Part shown: positions 49,731-59,655 of the stretch, in pieces | Position numbering within the stretch: the stretch's first letter is position 1 | How the letters are laid out: every line of letters begins with the position of its first letter | NCBI GenBank assembly: GCA_043798935.1 | Contig: JAZDOC010000002.1 | Span: forward strand, 20,874 to 84,873 | Direction: 5' to 3' | DNA: 64,000 bases | From: Patescibacteria group bacterium | Lineage (GTDB): Bacteria; Patescibacteriota; Patescibacteriia; UBA9570; JAHJKD01 | Notes under the pieces: model-generated | Database searches by the model: none | Told to the model about the DNA's origin: nothing | What the model saw: only the letters and a program-made list of their open reading frames with translations | Made by a program: the position numbers and the translations under genes

Positions 49731-50303
49731 ATGCTAATTCCGACAGTTATTGAAAAATCTCCATTGGGAGAAAGAGCTTACGACATTTATTCGCGTTTAT
49801 TAAAAGAGCGCATTATTTTTTTAGGTAGCACTATCGACGACCAAGTAGCTAATACTGTTATTGCACAACTATTATTTTTGGAATCCGAAGATAGCAAAAA
49901 AGACATTAAAATTTATATTAACTCTCCGGGCGGAATGGTAACAGCCGGGTTAGCGATTTACGACACCATGCAATATGTAAAATGTGATGTGAGTACGATC
50001 GTTGTAGGAGTAGCGGCTTCTATGGGGGCAACATTACTAGCGGCTGGTGCTAAAGGAAAACGTTTTGCTTTGCCTAACAGCGAGGTTATGCTTCATCAGG
50101 TGATGGGTGGTGCTGAAGGCCAAGCTTCTGATATTAAAATTCGCGCCGAACATATTTTAAAAATAAAAGATCGTTTGAATAAAATTCTAGCAAAACATAC
50201 TGGCCAACCACTTAAAAAAATTGATGCTGACACAGACCGAGATTTTTACTTGAACGCCGAAGAAGCCCTAAAATATGGGCTAGTGGACAAAATTGTTAAA
50301 TAG
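49731..50303 (+). CDS. clpP: ATP-dependent Clp protease proteolytic subunit
   Basis: Ser-His-Asp triad context ([19 protein letters not shown]; MLHQ). N-terminus MLIPTVIE… Likely start 49731 rather than the track ORF start 49698. Confidence 0.85.
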   Translation: MLIPTVIEKSPLGERAYDIYSRLLKERIIFLGSTIDDQVANTVIAQLLFLESEDSKKDIKIYINSPGGMVTAGLAIYDTMQYVKCDVSTIVVGVAASMGATLLAAGAKGKRFALPNSEVMLHQVMGGAEGQASDIKIRAEHILKIKDRLNKILAKHTGQPLKKIDADTDRDFYLNAEEALKYGLVDKIVK

Positions 50304-50509
50304 TGCTACGCTATTAATTGCCTTTTAATTATTAAACATCTTGGCAAAAGCTGTATCCGGTTAAGAATAAAGTTGAAGGCAAATAACTTTTCAGAAAATC
50401 AATCTTTCTATTATTCATATATAATGAACAATCTAAAAAGACATTTTTAATTAGCTTTCATAAACCTTAATTGTAAGGTGTCTTTTGCCAAGAGAAGAGT
50501 ATAAAATTT

Positions 50510-52039
50510 ATGCAAATGGAAATTTTAGGTCCAGTTCTTTTAGTTGCCGGGCTGGTAGGTGGTTCAATATGTGGCTATTGGCTACGTAAATTATTAGCCT
50601 CTAAAGAGCAGGATTCAGCCGAAGCCAAAGCTGAAAGAATCATTAACGAAGCTAAAAAACAAGAACAAGAAGTGACAATTAAAGCCAAAGACAAAGCAAT
50701 TGGCATTATTAACGAAGCCAAAAAAGAAGAACAAGAAAGACGCACGGAGCTTAAAGAACTGCAAAAGAGATTAGAAAACAGAGAAAATTTATTCGACAAA
50801 AAATTATTAGAGCTTGAAAGCAAGCAACAAAGTTTGTACGACAAAGCTAAAAGTGTTGAAAAATTAAAAAAAGAAATTGATGGCATTAAAGTTGAACAAA
50901 TTACTAAATTAGAAAAAGTTGCCTCTTTAACCCAGGATGAAGCGCGTAATACTTTATTGGAAAACGTTGAACAACAAAGCCAGGAAGTTTTACTAAGCCG
51001 AATGCGCAAATTGGAATCCATCACTTCCGAAGAATTAGAAAAAAAGGGCAAAGAAATGTTAACCACAGTTATTCAACGCTGTGCTTCTTCGCACGCGGCT
51101 GAAAGCACCACTACAGTAGTGCAGTTACCCTCTGATGAAATGAAAGGGCGTATTATCGGACGCGAAGGTCGAAACATCAAACGTATTGAAGAATTAACCG
51201 GCGTCGAAATTATTGTTGATGATACACCGGAAGCAATAGTAGTATCTGGTTTTTCTCCGATCAGACGACACTTGGCCAAACGCGCTTTAGATCAATTAAT
51301 TGCCGATGGTCGAATTCATCCCACAAAAATTGAAGACGCTATTGAAAAAGCTAAAAAAGAATTAGCTCTTGATATTAAAAAAGCTGGGGAAGAAGCCATG
51401 TATGAAACTGGCGTCACTGGCTTTGAACCTAAACTGGTTCAAATATTAGGACGGTTGAAATATCGAACTTCTTACGGACAGAATGTTTTGCGCCATAGCG
51501 TAGAGGTTTGCCAATTATCAGGTCTTATCGCTGAAGAGCTGGGTGCTAATGTGGCAATCTGTAAAAAAGCCGGCTTACTACATGATATTGGTAAAGCCGT
51601 TGATCATGAAGTCCAAGGTACTCATCCGGAAATTGGTCGCGACATTGCTAAAAAATTCAATTTACAACCCGAAGTGATTGTGCCCATATTAGAGCATCAT
51701 GAAGATCATCCTTCCACTTTAGAAGCCGTGATCGTAAAAGTAGCCGATGCCATTTCTGGGGCCAGACCCGGTGCTCGCAAAGATACTTATGAACAATATT
51801 TACAAAGACTTGAAGAATTAGAAAATGTAGCTTTGGCTTTTAAGGGTGTAGAAAAAGTTTATGCTATTCAGGCTGGTCGGGAAATTAGAGTGTTTGTTAG
51901 ATCAGAAGAAATCAGCGACATGGACGCCATTAAATTATCTAAAGAAATCGCTCGTAAGATTGAAGAAGAACTACGCTATCCGGGTGAAATTAAAGTGAAT
52001 GTGGTTCGAGAAACCAGAGTAGTGGAATACGCGAGATAA
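50510..52039 (+). CDS. rny: Ribonuclease Y
   Basis: N-terminal TM, long coiled coil, KH (GRIIGREGRNIKRIEELTG), HD domain (LLHDIGKA…). 509 aa. Confidence 0.9.
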   Translation: MQMEILGPVLLVAGLVGGSICGYWLRKLLASKEQDSAEAKAERIINEAKKQEQEVTIKAKDKAIGIINEAKKEEQERRTELKELQKRLENRENLFDKKLLELESKQQSLYDKAKSVEKLKKEIDGIKVEQITKLEKVASLTQDEARNTLLENVEQQSQEVLLSRMRKLESITSEELEKKGKEMLTTVIQRCASSHAAESTTTVVQLPSDEMKGRIIGREGRNIKRIEELTGVEIIVDDTPEAIVVSGFSPIRRHLAKRALDQLIADGRIHPTKIEDAIEKAKKELALDIKKAGEEAMYETGVTGFEPKLVQILGRLKYRTSYGQNVLRHSVEVCQLSGLIAEELGANVAICKKAGLLHDIGKAVDHEVQGTHPEIGRDIAKKFNLQPEVIVPILEHHEDHPSTLEAVIVKVADAISGARPGARKDTYEQYLQRLEELENVALAFKGVEKVYAIQAGREIRVFVRSEEISDMDAIKLSKEIARKIEEELRYPGEIKVNVVRETRVVEYAR

Positions 52040-52069
52040 TCTGTATTTTTATTAAAACATTTTATATCT

Positions 52070-52097
52070 GTAAAGACGCGCCATGGCGCGTCTTTAC
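52070..52097 (+). terminator. Palindrome GTAAAGACGCGCC-ATGG-CGCGTCTTTAC followed by T-run (rny terminator; repeat-family member)
   Basis: Read directly. Confidence 0.6.
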
Positions 52098-52175
52098 TTT
52101 TTTATCTATTTACCTTGCCTTATTCTAATTTTATAATATACTGGAAATATTATTATTAATGACTGAATCATAATT

Positions 52176-52604
52176 ATGCAAGCCAGAACAATCGACAACC
52201 AACACATAATCATCCTTGAAAAAGAAGAAGAATTAATTGAAACGCTCACAGCCTATTGCGGTGACCAAAATATTCAAGCCGGTATTATTACTGGCATCGG
52301 CTCTACTAACGATGCGATTTTAAAATACTTCAACCAAGACACCAAAGAATACATTGCAAAAAAATTCTCCGAAAAAAACTTTGAAATAATTTCTCTAGCC
52401 GGAAACGTATCATTCATCCAAGATAAACCTTTTACTCATATCCATGCTGTTCTTAGTGACGAAAATTACACAACCTTTAGTGGACACTTGGGCTCGGCTA
52501 TTATTGGTGTTACTTGTGAAATCATCATTACTGCCATTAATGACGCCTGGCACAGACAATATGATGACGAATCTAAATTGAACTTAATAAAATTTTATAA
52601 TTAA
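52176..52604 (+). CDS. PPC/DUF296-domain protein (PD1-like predicted DNA-binding fold)
   Basis: Size (142 aa) and motif pattern (…ISLAGNVS…THIHAVLSD…GHLG…) resemble DUF296. Confidence 0.45.
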   Translation: MQARTIDNQHIIILEKEEELIETLTAYCGDQNIQAGIITGIGSTNDAILKYFNQDTKEYIAKKFSEKNFEIISLAGNVSFIQDKPFTHIHAVLSDENYTTFSGHLGSAIIGVTCEIIITAINDAWHRQYDDESKLNLIKFYN

Positions 52605-52613
52605 TTGAATCTG

Positions 52614-52641
52614 CGTAGAGACGCGCCATGGCGCGCCTCTA
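52614..52641 (+). terminator. Palindrome GTAGAGACGCGCC-ATGG-CGCGCCTCTAC followed by an A/T run (repeat-family member)
   Basis: Read directly. Confidence 0.6.
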
Positions 52642-52777
52642 CTTAAAAAAACACATGAAACTACATTAGTTTAAAAAAATCGGTTCGGAAAAAGTCAAAA
52701 ATAATTTATTCTTTATATCGCGGATTATTTACATACATTTAGAACCTGTTATAATACAAACACAATTAAATCACTAA

Positions 52778-52890
52778 CTGTTAGAGGCGCTCCTAATGGG
52801 GCTGAGAAGTACTCTTAACACCTGATCTAGATAATGCTAGCGCAGGGAAACAGAATATAAACTGTTTTCTTGCGATAAAACAGTTTTTTT
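52778..52890 (+). ncRNA. TPP (thiamine pyrophosphate) riboswitch (THI element) with terminator expression platform
   Basis: P1 CTGTT…AACAG. Conserved GGGGCTGAGA, ACCTGATCTAGATAATGCTAGCGCAGGGAA. Downstream hairpin AAACTGTTTT-n8-AAAACAGTTT plus T8 abutting the thiN start codon. Confidence 0.85.
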
Positions 52891-52891
52891 T

Positions 52892-53518
52892 ATGAAAGTA
52901 ATAATCATCGCCAATGGCGAAATCAATAAAATAAAAAACATTAAACAATATAATTTTATAGTTGCGGCTGACGGTGGTGCTAATTATTGTTATCAAAATA
53001 AAATTAAACCTAATTTAATTATAGGCGATTTTGATTCTATAGATAATAAAGTCAAAAAATATTATTCGAAAATGAAAAGTATTGTTCATATAATAGATGT
53101 CGATCAAAATACTACTGATATTGAAAAAGCTCTAAATTATATAAAAAATAATTTTAAAAATAAATTAAAATCTAATTCGCGTATTGATATTTTAGGCGCT
53201 ACTAGTAATATTCGTCTCGACCATACTTTATATAATGTAAATCTGCTTAAACAATATTCTACTCTGCCAATTAAAATAAACTCGTTAAATTATTCGGTTG
53301 AAATTATTTCAAAAAATAAAATTATTAGAAACCGAAAAAATAAAACCATCTCTCTTTTTTCAGTTAGTAAAATAAAAAAAATAAACCTAACCGGTTTCAA
53401 ATGGCTGTTGCCAAATAATTGTAATCAAAACAATATTTCTGTTTCTAATGTAATAATTAGAAACATTGCCAAAATAAATTTTTCTCAAGGAAAAATAATT
53501 TTAATAATTAACAAATAA
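52892..53518 (+). CDS. thiN: Thiamine pyrophosphokinase (ThiN/TPK type)
   Basis: GDFDS catalytic motif (IIGDFDSI). 208 aa. Directly downstream of the TPP riboswitch. Confidence 0.7.
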   Translation: MKVIIIANGEINKIKNIKQYNFIVAADGGANYCYQNKIKPNLIIGDFDSIDNKVKKYYSKMKSIVHIIDVDQNTTDIEKALNYIKNNFKNKLKSNSRIDILGATSNIRLDHTLYNVNLLKQYSTLPIKINSLNYSVEIISKNKIIRNRKNKTISLFSVSKIKKINLTGFKWLLPNNCNQNNISVSNVIIRNIAKINFSQGKIILIINK

Positions 53519-53521
53519 TTT

Positions 53522-54553
53522 ATGAAAAAAACAGTATTAGTATTGCTAGCGCTCGTGCTAGTGATAACTGGATGCCAAAACATCGACACGGCGGATAATA
53601 ATAAATTGGTAATATATACTTATGACAGTCTCAGCGCCGAATGGGGATTGCTCCCGCAAATTTTAGATGAGTTTAAAACTCAAACTAGCACTGAAGTAGA
53701 AGTGGTTTCTTTTGCCGATACCGGGACAATGATGAATCAATTAATCTTAGAAAAAGGCGCGCCTAGAGCCGACATTGTGCTGGGGTTAGACAATGTAAAT
53801 TTTCCGGATGCGCAAAAGAACGATCTGTTAACTGCTTACACTCCAACGCGGGCCAGCGAAATTGATCAGTCGTTATTGTTCAATGAAGATTATTTAATGA
53901 CACCTTTTGACTATGGATATGTGGGCTGGGTTTATGATTCGGAAAAAATAAAATTTCCGGACGAAATTAGCTTACTCGACTTAGCTTCCAGAAAATATAA
54001 AGATCAGATTATTATTGAACAAGTCGGAGCGTCTTCGCCCGGCACTCAATTACTACTATGGACTAAAGCTGCATTAAGCGCTGATGATTATAATACTTTC
54101 TGGGATAATGTGGCCAGTAATGTATTAACCACAGCACCGGATTGGAGCACGGCTTATTATAGTTTATTTATGGAAGGCGAAGCGCCAATAGTGCTTAGTT
54201 ATCTAACCAGCCCGGCCTACCATATCGACCAAGAACAAACTGATCGTTATAAAGCTATTGCCATTAAAGAGGGCTATATGCGTCAGGTGGAGGGCGTGGG
54301 CGTTGTAAATAATGCCAACAATGAAAAATTAGCCCAAAAATTTATTGATTATTTATTAACCGACCAAGTGCAAAATAAAATCCCCACAACCCAATGGATG
54401 TTTCCGGTGTTAGGCGACGCGTCTACCTGGCCAGAAGCTTATCAACAAATAATTACTCCGTCGGCCGAACAGGTTTTACAAATCGATCCCGCAGAATTAA
54501 GTAGTGATTACAACAACTGGCTTACCGAATGGAATGAATATTTTGGTATTTAA
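53522..54553 (+). CDS. thiB: Thiamine ABC transporter substrate-binding lipoprotein
   Basis: Lipoprotein signal LVLVITGC. Periplasmic-binding-protein length. Operon context with the riboswitch and ThiP/ThiQ. Confidence 0.6.
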   Translation: MKKTVLVLLALVLVITGCQNIDTADNNKLVIYTYDSLSAEWGLLPQILDEFKTQTSTEVEVVSFADTGTMMNQLILEKGAPRADIVLGLDNVNFPDAQKNDLLTAYTPTRASEIDQSLLFNEDYLMTPFDYGYVGWVYDSEKIKFPDEISLLDLASRKYKDQIIIEQVGASSPGTQLLLWTKAALSADDYNTFWDNVASNVLTTAPDWSTAYYSLFMEGEAPIVLSYLTSPAYHIDQEQTDRYKAIAIKEGYMRQVEGVGVVNNANNEKLAQKFIDYLLTDQVQNKIPTTQWMFPVLGDASTWPEAYQQIITPSAEQVLQIDPAELSSDYNNWLTEWNEYFGI

Positions 54554-55934
54554 TAAAATCTTTTTTAGCTTGTGGGAAAGCTTGCTAACTGTGGGGCTTT
54601 CCCTGATACTAGGTGGCGGTCTAGCGCTTTTAGAGTTTAAATGCAAAGCCCGGTCTTCAAAAATATTTAATAGTTTAATGGCTCTGCCCATTTTTCTACC
54701 CGCCTTAATAGTTGCTACCGGTTTTGTGGCCGTGTGGGGAAATGCCGGTTATGTAAATGAATTATTAAATTTTCTTGGGTATAATAAAATTAAATTTCTT
54801 TATTCACCGCTCGCCATTATTGCGGCGCACTGTTTTTACAATATACCGCTAGCATATCTGGCCATTAATAACCGCTTAGCCTCAACACATATTTATTTAG
54901 AAGAAGCCAGCCAAGTGATGGGTGCCAATGCTTGGCAAACCTTTAAAAGCATTACCTGGCCCCGTTTGAAAAACATCGCAATTAGCATTAGCATAGTAAT
55001 TTTTCTATATTCCTTTTTAAGCTTTGCGATTCCATTAATTCTGGGCGGATTAAAATATCAAACTCTAGAAGTTTATATTTATTCATTGATTACCCAGCAA
55101 TTAAATTTTTCCAGTGCTCTTTTTGCGGCTGGCTGGCAATTTATATTTTTATTTATAATAGTTATAATATTTATAAAATACCTAAATATTTTCCCAGAAA
55201 AAAAAATCAAAAGCATTCGGCCGAAACTCTCAACTGCTCATACACTGCTAATCTACAGCGCTCGTTCAGCGATGATAATTTTTGTGGGCTTACCTCTGAT
55301 TGGATTACTAATTAAAGGAGGCGGTGGTATAGATTTTAATAAATTAATGGAAATCGATTTATTAAACAGCTGGATAAGATCATTCCTGCTCGCCAGCGCT
55401 TCAATTATTATTTCTTTTTTTATTAGTTTAATAATTTTATTTAAGAAATCATCTCTGGGAAAATATCTTATTTTTTTACTGGCGCTTTCTCCAATTATGG
55501 TCGGCTTGTTGTTGTTTTTAGTTTTCCGAAAAAATTTATTTTCCATGCCATTCGCGTATTCACTCATGCTTATACCTCTGGTATATTATCTCATCTCTAA
55601 TCAGTGGGGGTCTCGACCCATCTTCTTCGAAGAAACATTAAATATTCTAGGAGCCAACGGCTTGCAAAAAATAAAAGCTTGCCTGTATTATTTAACTCCT
55701 TCATTAACTAAAGCCGCGGCCTTAGGTTATGCTTTGGTTTTTGGCGACATCGCCATTGCCAGCTTATTAGCGCCATATAATCAGCCGACAGCCATGTCTT
55801 TAAGCTACGGCTTATTAGGTAATTATCGCTTTGGCCTGGCCTCAACTTGCATGAGCCTGGTATTGATTAGCATCTTTATTATCGTAATATTAATATATTT
55901 GTTAACATATAAATATGATTTTGAAAATAAATAA
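54534..55934 (+). CDS. thiP: Thiamine ABC transporter permease (fused double permease)
   Basis: Two tandem ABC permease domains, ~12 TM. Start ambiguous (54504/54534). Confidence 0.6.
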   Translation: MNILVFNKIFFSLWESLLTVGLSLILGGGLALLEFKCKARSSKIFNSLMALPIFLPALIVATGFVAVWGNAGYVNELLNFLGYNKIKFLYSPLAIIAAHCFYNIPLAYLAINNRLASTHIYLEEASQVMGANAWQTFKSITWPRLKNIAISISIVIFLYSFLSFAIPLILGGLKYQTLEVYIYSLITQQLNFSSALFAAGWQFIFLFIIVIIFIKYLNIFPEKKIKSIRPKLSTAHTLLIYSARSAMIIFVGLPLIGLLIKGGGGIDFNKLMEIDLLNSWIRSFLLASASIIISFFISLIILFKKSSLGKYLIFLLALSPIMVGLLLFLVFRKNLFSMPFAYSLMLIPLVYYLISNQWGSRPIFFEETLNILGANGLQKIKACLYYLTPSLTKAAALGYALVFGDIAIASLLAPYNQPTAMSLSYGLLGNYRFGLASTCMSLVLISIFIIVILIYLLTYKYDFENK

Positions 55935-56556
55935 TTTGAGCAAAGAATTTGATTCTAAAATAATTTTAAATAAGGTAGCTTTAACTACTAAAGCCAATGC
56001 GGTGCTAGCCATCGTGGGGCCGAGCGGTTCAGGCAAAACCACGCTCTTGCGCTGTATCGCCGGATTAGAAAATTACCAGGGTGAAATATTTTTCGATGAT
56101 AAATTAATAAACAGCGTTCCGACAGCTAAAAGAAACATCGGCTTGGTTAGCCAGGACTTGGCATTATTTCCGCATTTAACAGTCTGGGAAAATATTGTTT
56201 ATCCTTTAAAAATCCGCAAAATAAAAAAAGAAGGGATCGGGCTGCGGGTAAATAATATCTTAGAAAAATTAAATATAGCCGAATTTAAAAATAAATTACC
56301 GCAAAATATTAGCGGCGGCCAGCAACAGCGCGTGGCCATTGCCCGCTCGCTCATTTATCAGCCAGAAGTTTTATTACTCGACGAGCCTTTCGCTCAGTTA
56401 GATCAAGATCTGAAAACAGAACTGCTCGGCTGGTTAAAACAAATTTTACATCAAGAAAGCATCCTCACGTTATTTGTGACGCACGATCTGGAAGATGCTA
56501 AATATATTGGAGACAATATTATAAGAATTTCAAATACTCAAATTAAAATGCTATAA
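55915..56556 (+). CDS. thiQ: Thiamine ABC transporter ATP-binding protein
   Basis: Walker A GPSGSGKTT, ABC signature LSGGQQQR, Walker B LLLDEP. 213 aa. Confidence 0.7.
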   Translation: MILKINNLSKEFDSKIILNKVALTTKANAVLAIVGPSGSGKTTLLRCIAGLENYQGEIFFDDKLINSVPTAKRNIGLVSQDLALFPHLTVWENIVYPLKIRKIKKEGIGLRVNNILEKLNIAEFKNKLPQNISGGQQQRVAIARSLIYQPEVLLLDEPFAQLDQDLKTELLGWLKQILHQESILTLFVTHDLEDAKYIGDNIIRISNTQIKML

Positions 56557-56563
56557 TAAGAGC

Positions 56564-57352
56564 ATGAAAATTTTATTTTTTGGCGATATCGTGGGCAAAA
56601 TCGGCCGGCAAGCTATTAGCTACCACTTGCCGGATTTAATTAAACTGCACGAGCCGGATTTGGTTTTAGCAAATGGCGAAAACTTGGCTCATGGTATGGG
56701 TTTAACAGAAAAAACAATTTTAGAAATGCAGACAGCCGGCATTAATTTTTTTAGTACCGGCAATCATGTTTACGACAATACCCAAGGCAAAGAATATTTA
56801 AACAAAACCGAAGCGCCGGTTTTAAAACCAGCTAATCTGGACGGTCCCGGAAATGGCTACGCCATTATTAAACAGGCCGAACACAATATTTTATTTATTA
56901 ATTTATTAGGCAAAGTTTTTATTGATAAAAATCAGTCTTGCCCGTTTAAAACTTTTGATATTATTTTACAAGCCACAGCCGAAGTAAAGCCAAAAATAAT
57001 CATCGTAGATTTTCATGCTGAAGCCACCAGCGAGAAGCAAACTTTCTGGTATTATGTTAACGGCCGAGCCAGCGCCGTGCTTGGCACTCATACGCATGTA
57101 GCCACGGCCAACCCGCGCCTTAGTTCTTTGGGTACGGCTTTAGTTGAAGATGTTGGCATGGTAGGCGGAAGTGACACTGTACTGGGCGATAAAAAAGAAA
57201 GCATTATAAATCGTTTTTTAACTGGCATTAAAACCGCTCTGGAACCAACCGAACAAGGGCCAGTTATGATTAATGCCGTGTTATTAAATATTGACGACAG
57301 CACTGGAAAAACTACTAATATTAAACGCATTGACCTGGTTAGTGAGACATAA
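56564..57352 (+). CDS. ymdB: YmdB-family metallophosphoesterase (2',3'-cyclic-nucleotide phosphodiesterase)
   Basis: MKILFFGDIVGKIGR…ANGENLAHGMGLT matches YmdB/TIGR00282. 262 aa. Confidence 0.8.
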   Translation: MKILFFGDIVGKIGRQAISYHLPDLIKLHEPDLVLANGENLAHGMGLTEKTILEMQTAGINFFSTGNHVYDNTQGKEYLNKTEAPVLKPANLDGPGNGYAIIKQAEHNILFINLLGKVFIDKNQSCPFKTFDIILQATAEVKPKIIIVDFHAEATSEKQTFWYYVNGRASAVLGTHTHVATANPRLSSLGTALVEDVGMVGGSDTVLGDKKESIINRFLTGIKTALEPTEQGPVMINAVLLNIDDSTGKTTNIKRIDLVSET

Positions 57353-57407
57353 TATACTTAATGTAAATAAATTAAGAAAATCTAATCATTAATTTTATTT
57401 CAAAAAT

Positions 57408-57692
57408 ATGAACAAAGCCAAATTGATTGAAACCCTTTCGGAAAAAACAGGATTAAACAGGCTGCAAATTGAAAATGTGATCGATAGCATGCAAAAAATT
57501 ATTATTAGCACTATTAAAAGCGGGGGTATTGTATCACTAACCGGTTTTGTTACTTTTTCATCTCATACCCGCCACGCCCGCATGGGTGTTGACCCCAGAA
57601 ACCCTAAAGAAAAAATGGAAATTCCAGCCGTTCTCGTACCAAAGTTTAAAGCCGGCAAAGCTTTAAAAGATGCTTTAAAAGATAAAAATTAA
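57408..57692 (+). CDS. hup: Nucleoid-associated DNA-binding protein HU
   Basis: MNKAKLIETLSEKTGL…GFVTFS…R…R…P beta-arm pattern. 94 aa. Confidence 0.85.
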   Translation: MNKAKLIETLSEKTGLNRLQIENVIDSMQKIIISTIKSGGIVSLTGFVTFSSHTRHARMGVDPRNPKEKMEIPAVLVPKFKAGKALKDALKDKN

Positions 57693-57713
57693 TTATTAAT
57701 TAAATAAAAAATT

Positions 57714-58865
57714 ATGAAAAAACTATCGTTTGCGTTTTTTCTGATGTTAGCGCTCGTGGTAGCATCTCCGGCGTTAGCTGATTATGGTTATGAAAATACC
57801 ATCTCAGATTGTGCCTCACACGTAGCTTGGACAGATGCAATGGGCACTACACTTGAAATTTACATGATGCCAGTAGAGGCTACCCCTACTAGTATCACAC
57901 TGCAATTTATTCCAAGTTTTGATTTGAGCGATTGCACAGTAAAAACTCCGATTGGCTATACTGTTTTTGACGGTGTTAGTGTTAAAATGACTTCTGATAT
58001 TACCACTCCGGTAGGCGATGAAGAAGTACAGATCATATTAAATGATGATGCAAGCGGTGAATTAGAATATACTTTCACTGATTTAGACCCGGCCACTGAA
58101 TATCAATTCCGTGTTGACGGCTTGTTTGAAACAATTGGTGGCACTCCATACACTGGCAGTGTATCGGATAATGTATACTACGCTACCAGCACTGATCAAT
58201 CAACTAACTTTGCTATTGCCTCTGACGGTGTATTAAGCTGGACATGGGCAGAAGGCACTGCAAGTAATATTAAAGCTGACGTGGCTTTTTATGATGAAAA
58301 TGATGAACAAATAGTTTCAACTGTAAAATATAAAACATCGGATGGCGAGTATGACTATTATGATTTCGCCAATCAAATGTATAATGGCAATTATTATGCA
58401 ACTCTGACTACTTCAACAAAAAAAATATATGATTTAGTTGACCACAGAATTTGGGCTACGCCGGTAACATTATATTTCACCACCGTTAATGGCGTTGTCG
58501 TTTCTTCTTCGTATACACCTCAAGATGAAGAAGAAGAAATTGTATTAACTTCTCCGACCCAAAAACCGGTCATTAAAAAAGCTGGCGTTAAAACCGGTAT
58601 CGTGATGAAAAAGGCGCCTAGTTATTATGGCGAAGGTTATTACTACAAATTTGTCTTCTACAAGAAAAAAGGCAAAAATACAGCTTTTACATGGAATAAC
58701 GTAACAACAAAAAATAAGTCGATTTCTAAAAAACAAAAAACAAAATTAAAAAATGGTATAAGCAAAGGCCAAGCGAAATACCGCTATGTTCGAGCCAAGC
58801 TATGTAACTCTGAAGGTTGCGGACCGTGGTCTAAATATAAAAAATTCAAAGTAAAAAAGAGCTAG
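57714..58865 (+). CDS. Secreted protein with fibronectin-III-like region and Lys-rich C-terminal tail (surface protein candidate)
   Basis: Signal peptide MKKLSFAFFLMLALVVASPALA. LDPATEYQFRVDG (FN3-like). C-terminal K-rich segment. Confidence 0.45.
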   Translation: MKKLSFAFFLMLALVVASPALADYGYENTISDCASHVAWTDAMGTTLEIYMMPVEATPTSITLQFIPSFDLSDCTVKTPIGYTVFDGVSVKMTSDITTPVGDEEVQIILNDDASGELEYTFTDLDPATEYQFRVDGLFETIGGTPYTGSVSDNVYYATSTDQSTNFAIASDGVLSWTWAEGTASNIKADVAFYDENDEQIVSTVKYKTSDGEYDYYDFANQMYNGNYYATLTTSTKKIYDLVDHRIWATPVTLYFTTVNGVVVSSSYTPQDEEEEIVLTSPTQKPVIKKAGVKTGIVMKKAPSYYGEGYYYKFVFYKKKGKNTAFTWNNVTTKNKSISKKQKTKLKNGISKGQAKYRYVRAKLCNSEGCGPWSKYKKFKVKKS

Positions 58866-58876
58866 ATAGTGAATAA

Positions 58877-58918
58877 AATTAGCCTACTGGCATAAAGCCA
58901 GGGGCTAATTTTTTTTAA
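58877..58918 (+). terminator. Intrinsic terminator TTAGCCTACTGGC-ataaa-GCCAGGGGCTAA plus T8
   Basis: Read directly. Same hairpin family as 27076-27120. Confidence 0.7.
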
Positions 58919-58991
58919 ATAATATTCATTGTTTAACATCAAGCCCCGCCCTTTATGGGCGTGGGCGAATATTAAACATTGTTTATCTCTA

Positions 58992-59020
58992 TTGACAAAG
59001 CTCGGCCCAAATGCTAAATT
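58992..59020 (+). promoter_or_regulatory. Promoter TTGACA-17 nt-TAAATT for the rpsF-ssb-rpsR operon, followed by a structured leader
   Basis: Read directly. Leader hairpin AGGCCAGG-atcatc-TTGGCCT at ~59058-59085. Confidence 0.4.
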
Positions 59021-59124
59021 ATCAAAGCTTAATTATTTATACGCTTATTCTTAAATCCATGCTTTTCAGGCCAGGATCATCTTGGCCTAGAAAAGCGAAT
59101 AAGCTCTAACGAAAGGACAATTAA

Positions 59125-59634
59125 ATGATCCAACATTATGAACTGCTTTTTATTATCCCTGGATCTAGCGATGAAGCTAGTGTACCGGTGGTAAAAGAAA
59201 AAGTAGCCGAATTAATCAAAAAAAATGAAGGCCAAATTACCCGCGACCAAGATTGGGAGCGCCGCAAATTGGCTTACAAAATCAAACAAGAAGCCTATGG
59301 TTATTATTGGCTAATAGAGTTTGATGGTGAAACAAAAAATATTATTGAAATTTCCCGTCAATTAGAATTAATGCCGGAAATTTTACGCTTTTTGCTGGTA
59401 AAAGCTCGCGTTAAAACCGCCGCCGAATTAGCTGAAGAAGTTGTAATTAAAGAAAAAATCCGTGCTCGCCAAACCGAAGAAGTAAAACAAGAAATTAAAG
59501 AAGCCGACTCTAAACAACAAGTTGAAATTAAGGATAAAGAAGTTAAAAAAGAAGAAAAAATCGAAGGCAAGGTTTCAATGGAAGATTTAGATAAAAAATT
59601 AAATGAACTATTAGGCGACGATTTAGACGTTTAA
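59125..59634 (+). CDS. rpsF: 30S ribosomal protein S6 (with long acidic/lysine C-terminal extension)
   Basis: HYELLFIIPGSS… and WERRKLAYKI match S6. Operon rpsF-ssb-rpsR. Confidence 0.85.
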   Translation: MIQHYELLFIIPGSSDEASVPVVKEKVAELIKKNEGQITRDQDWERRKLAYKIKQEAYGYYWLIEFDGETKNIIEISRQLELMPEILRFLLVKARVKTAAELAEEVVIKEKIRARQTEEVKQEIKEADSKQQVEIKDKEVKKEEKIEGKVSMEDLDKKLNELLGDDLDV

Positions 59635-59655
59635 TTAATCTCTAAACTAAAATAT

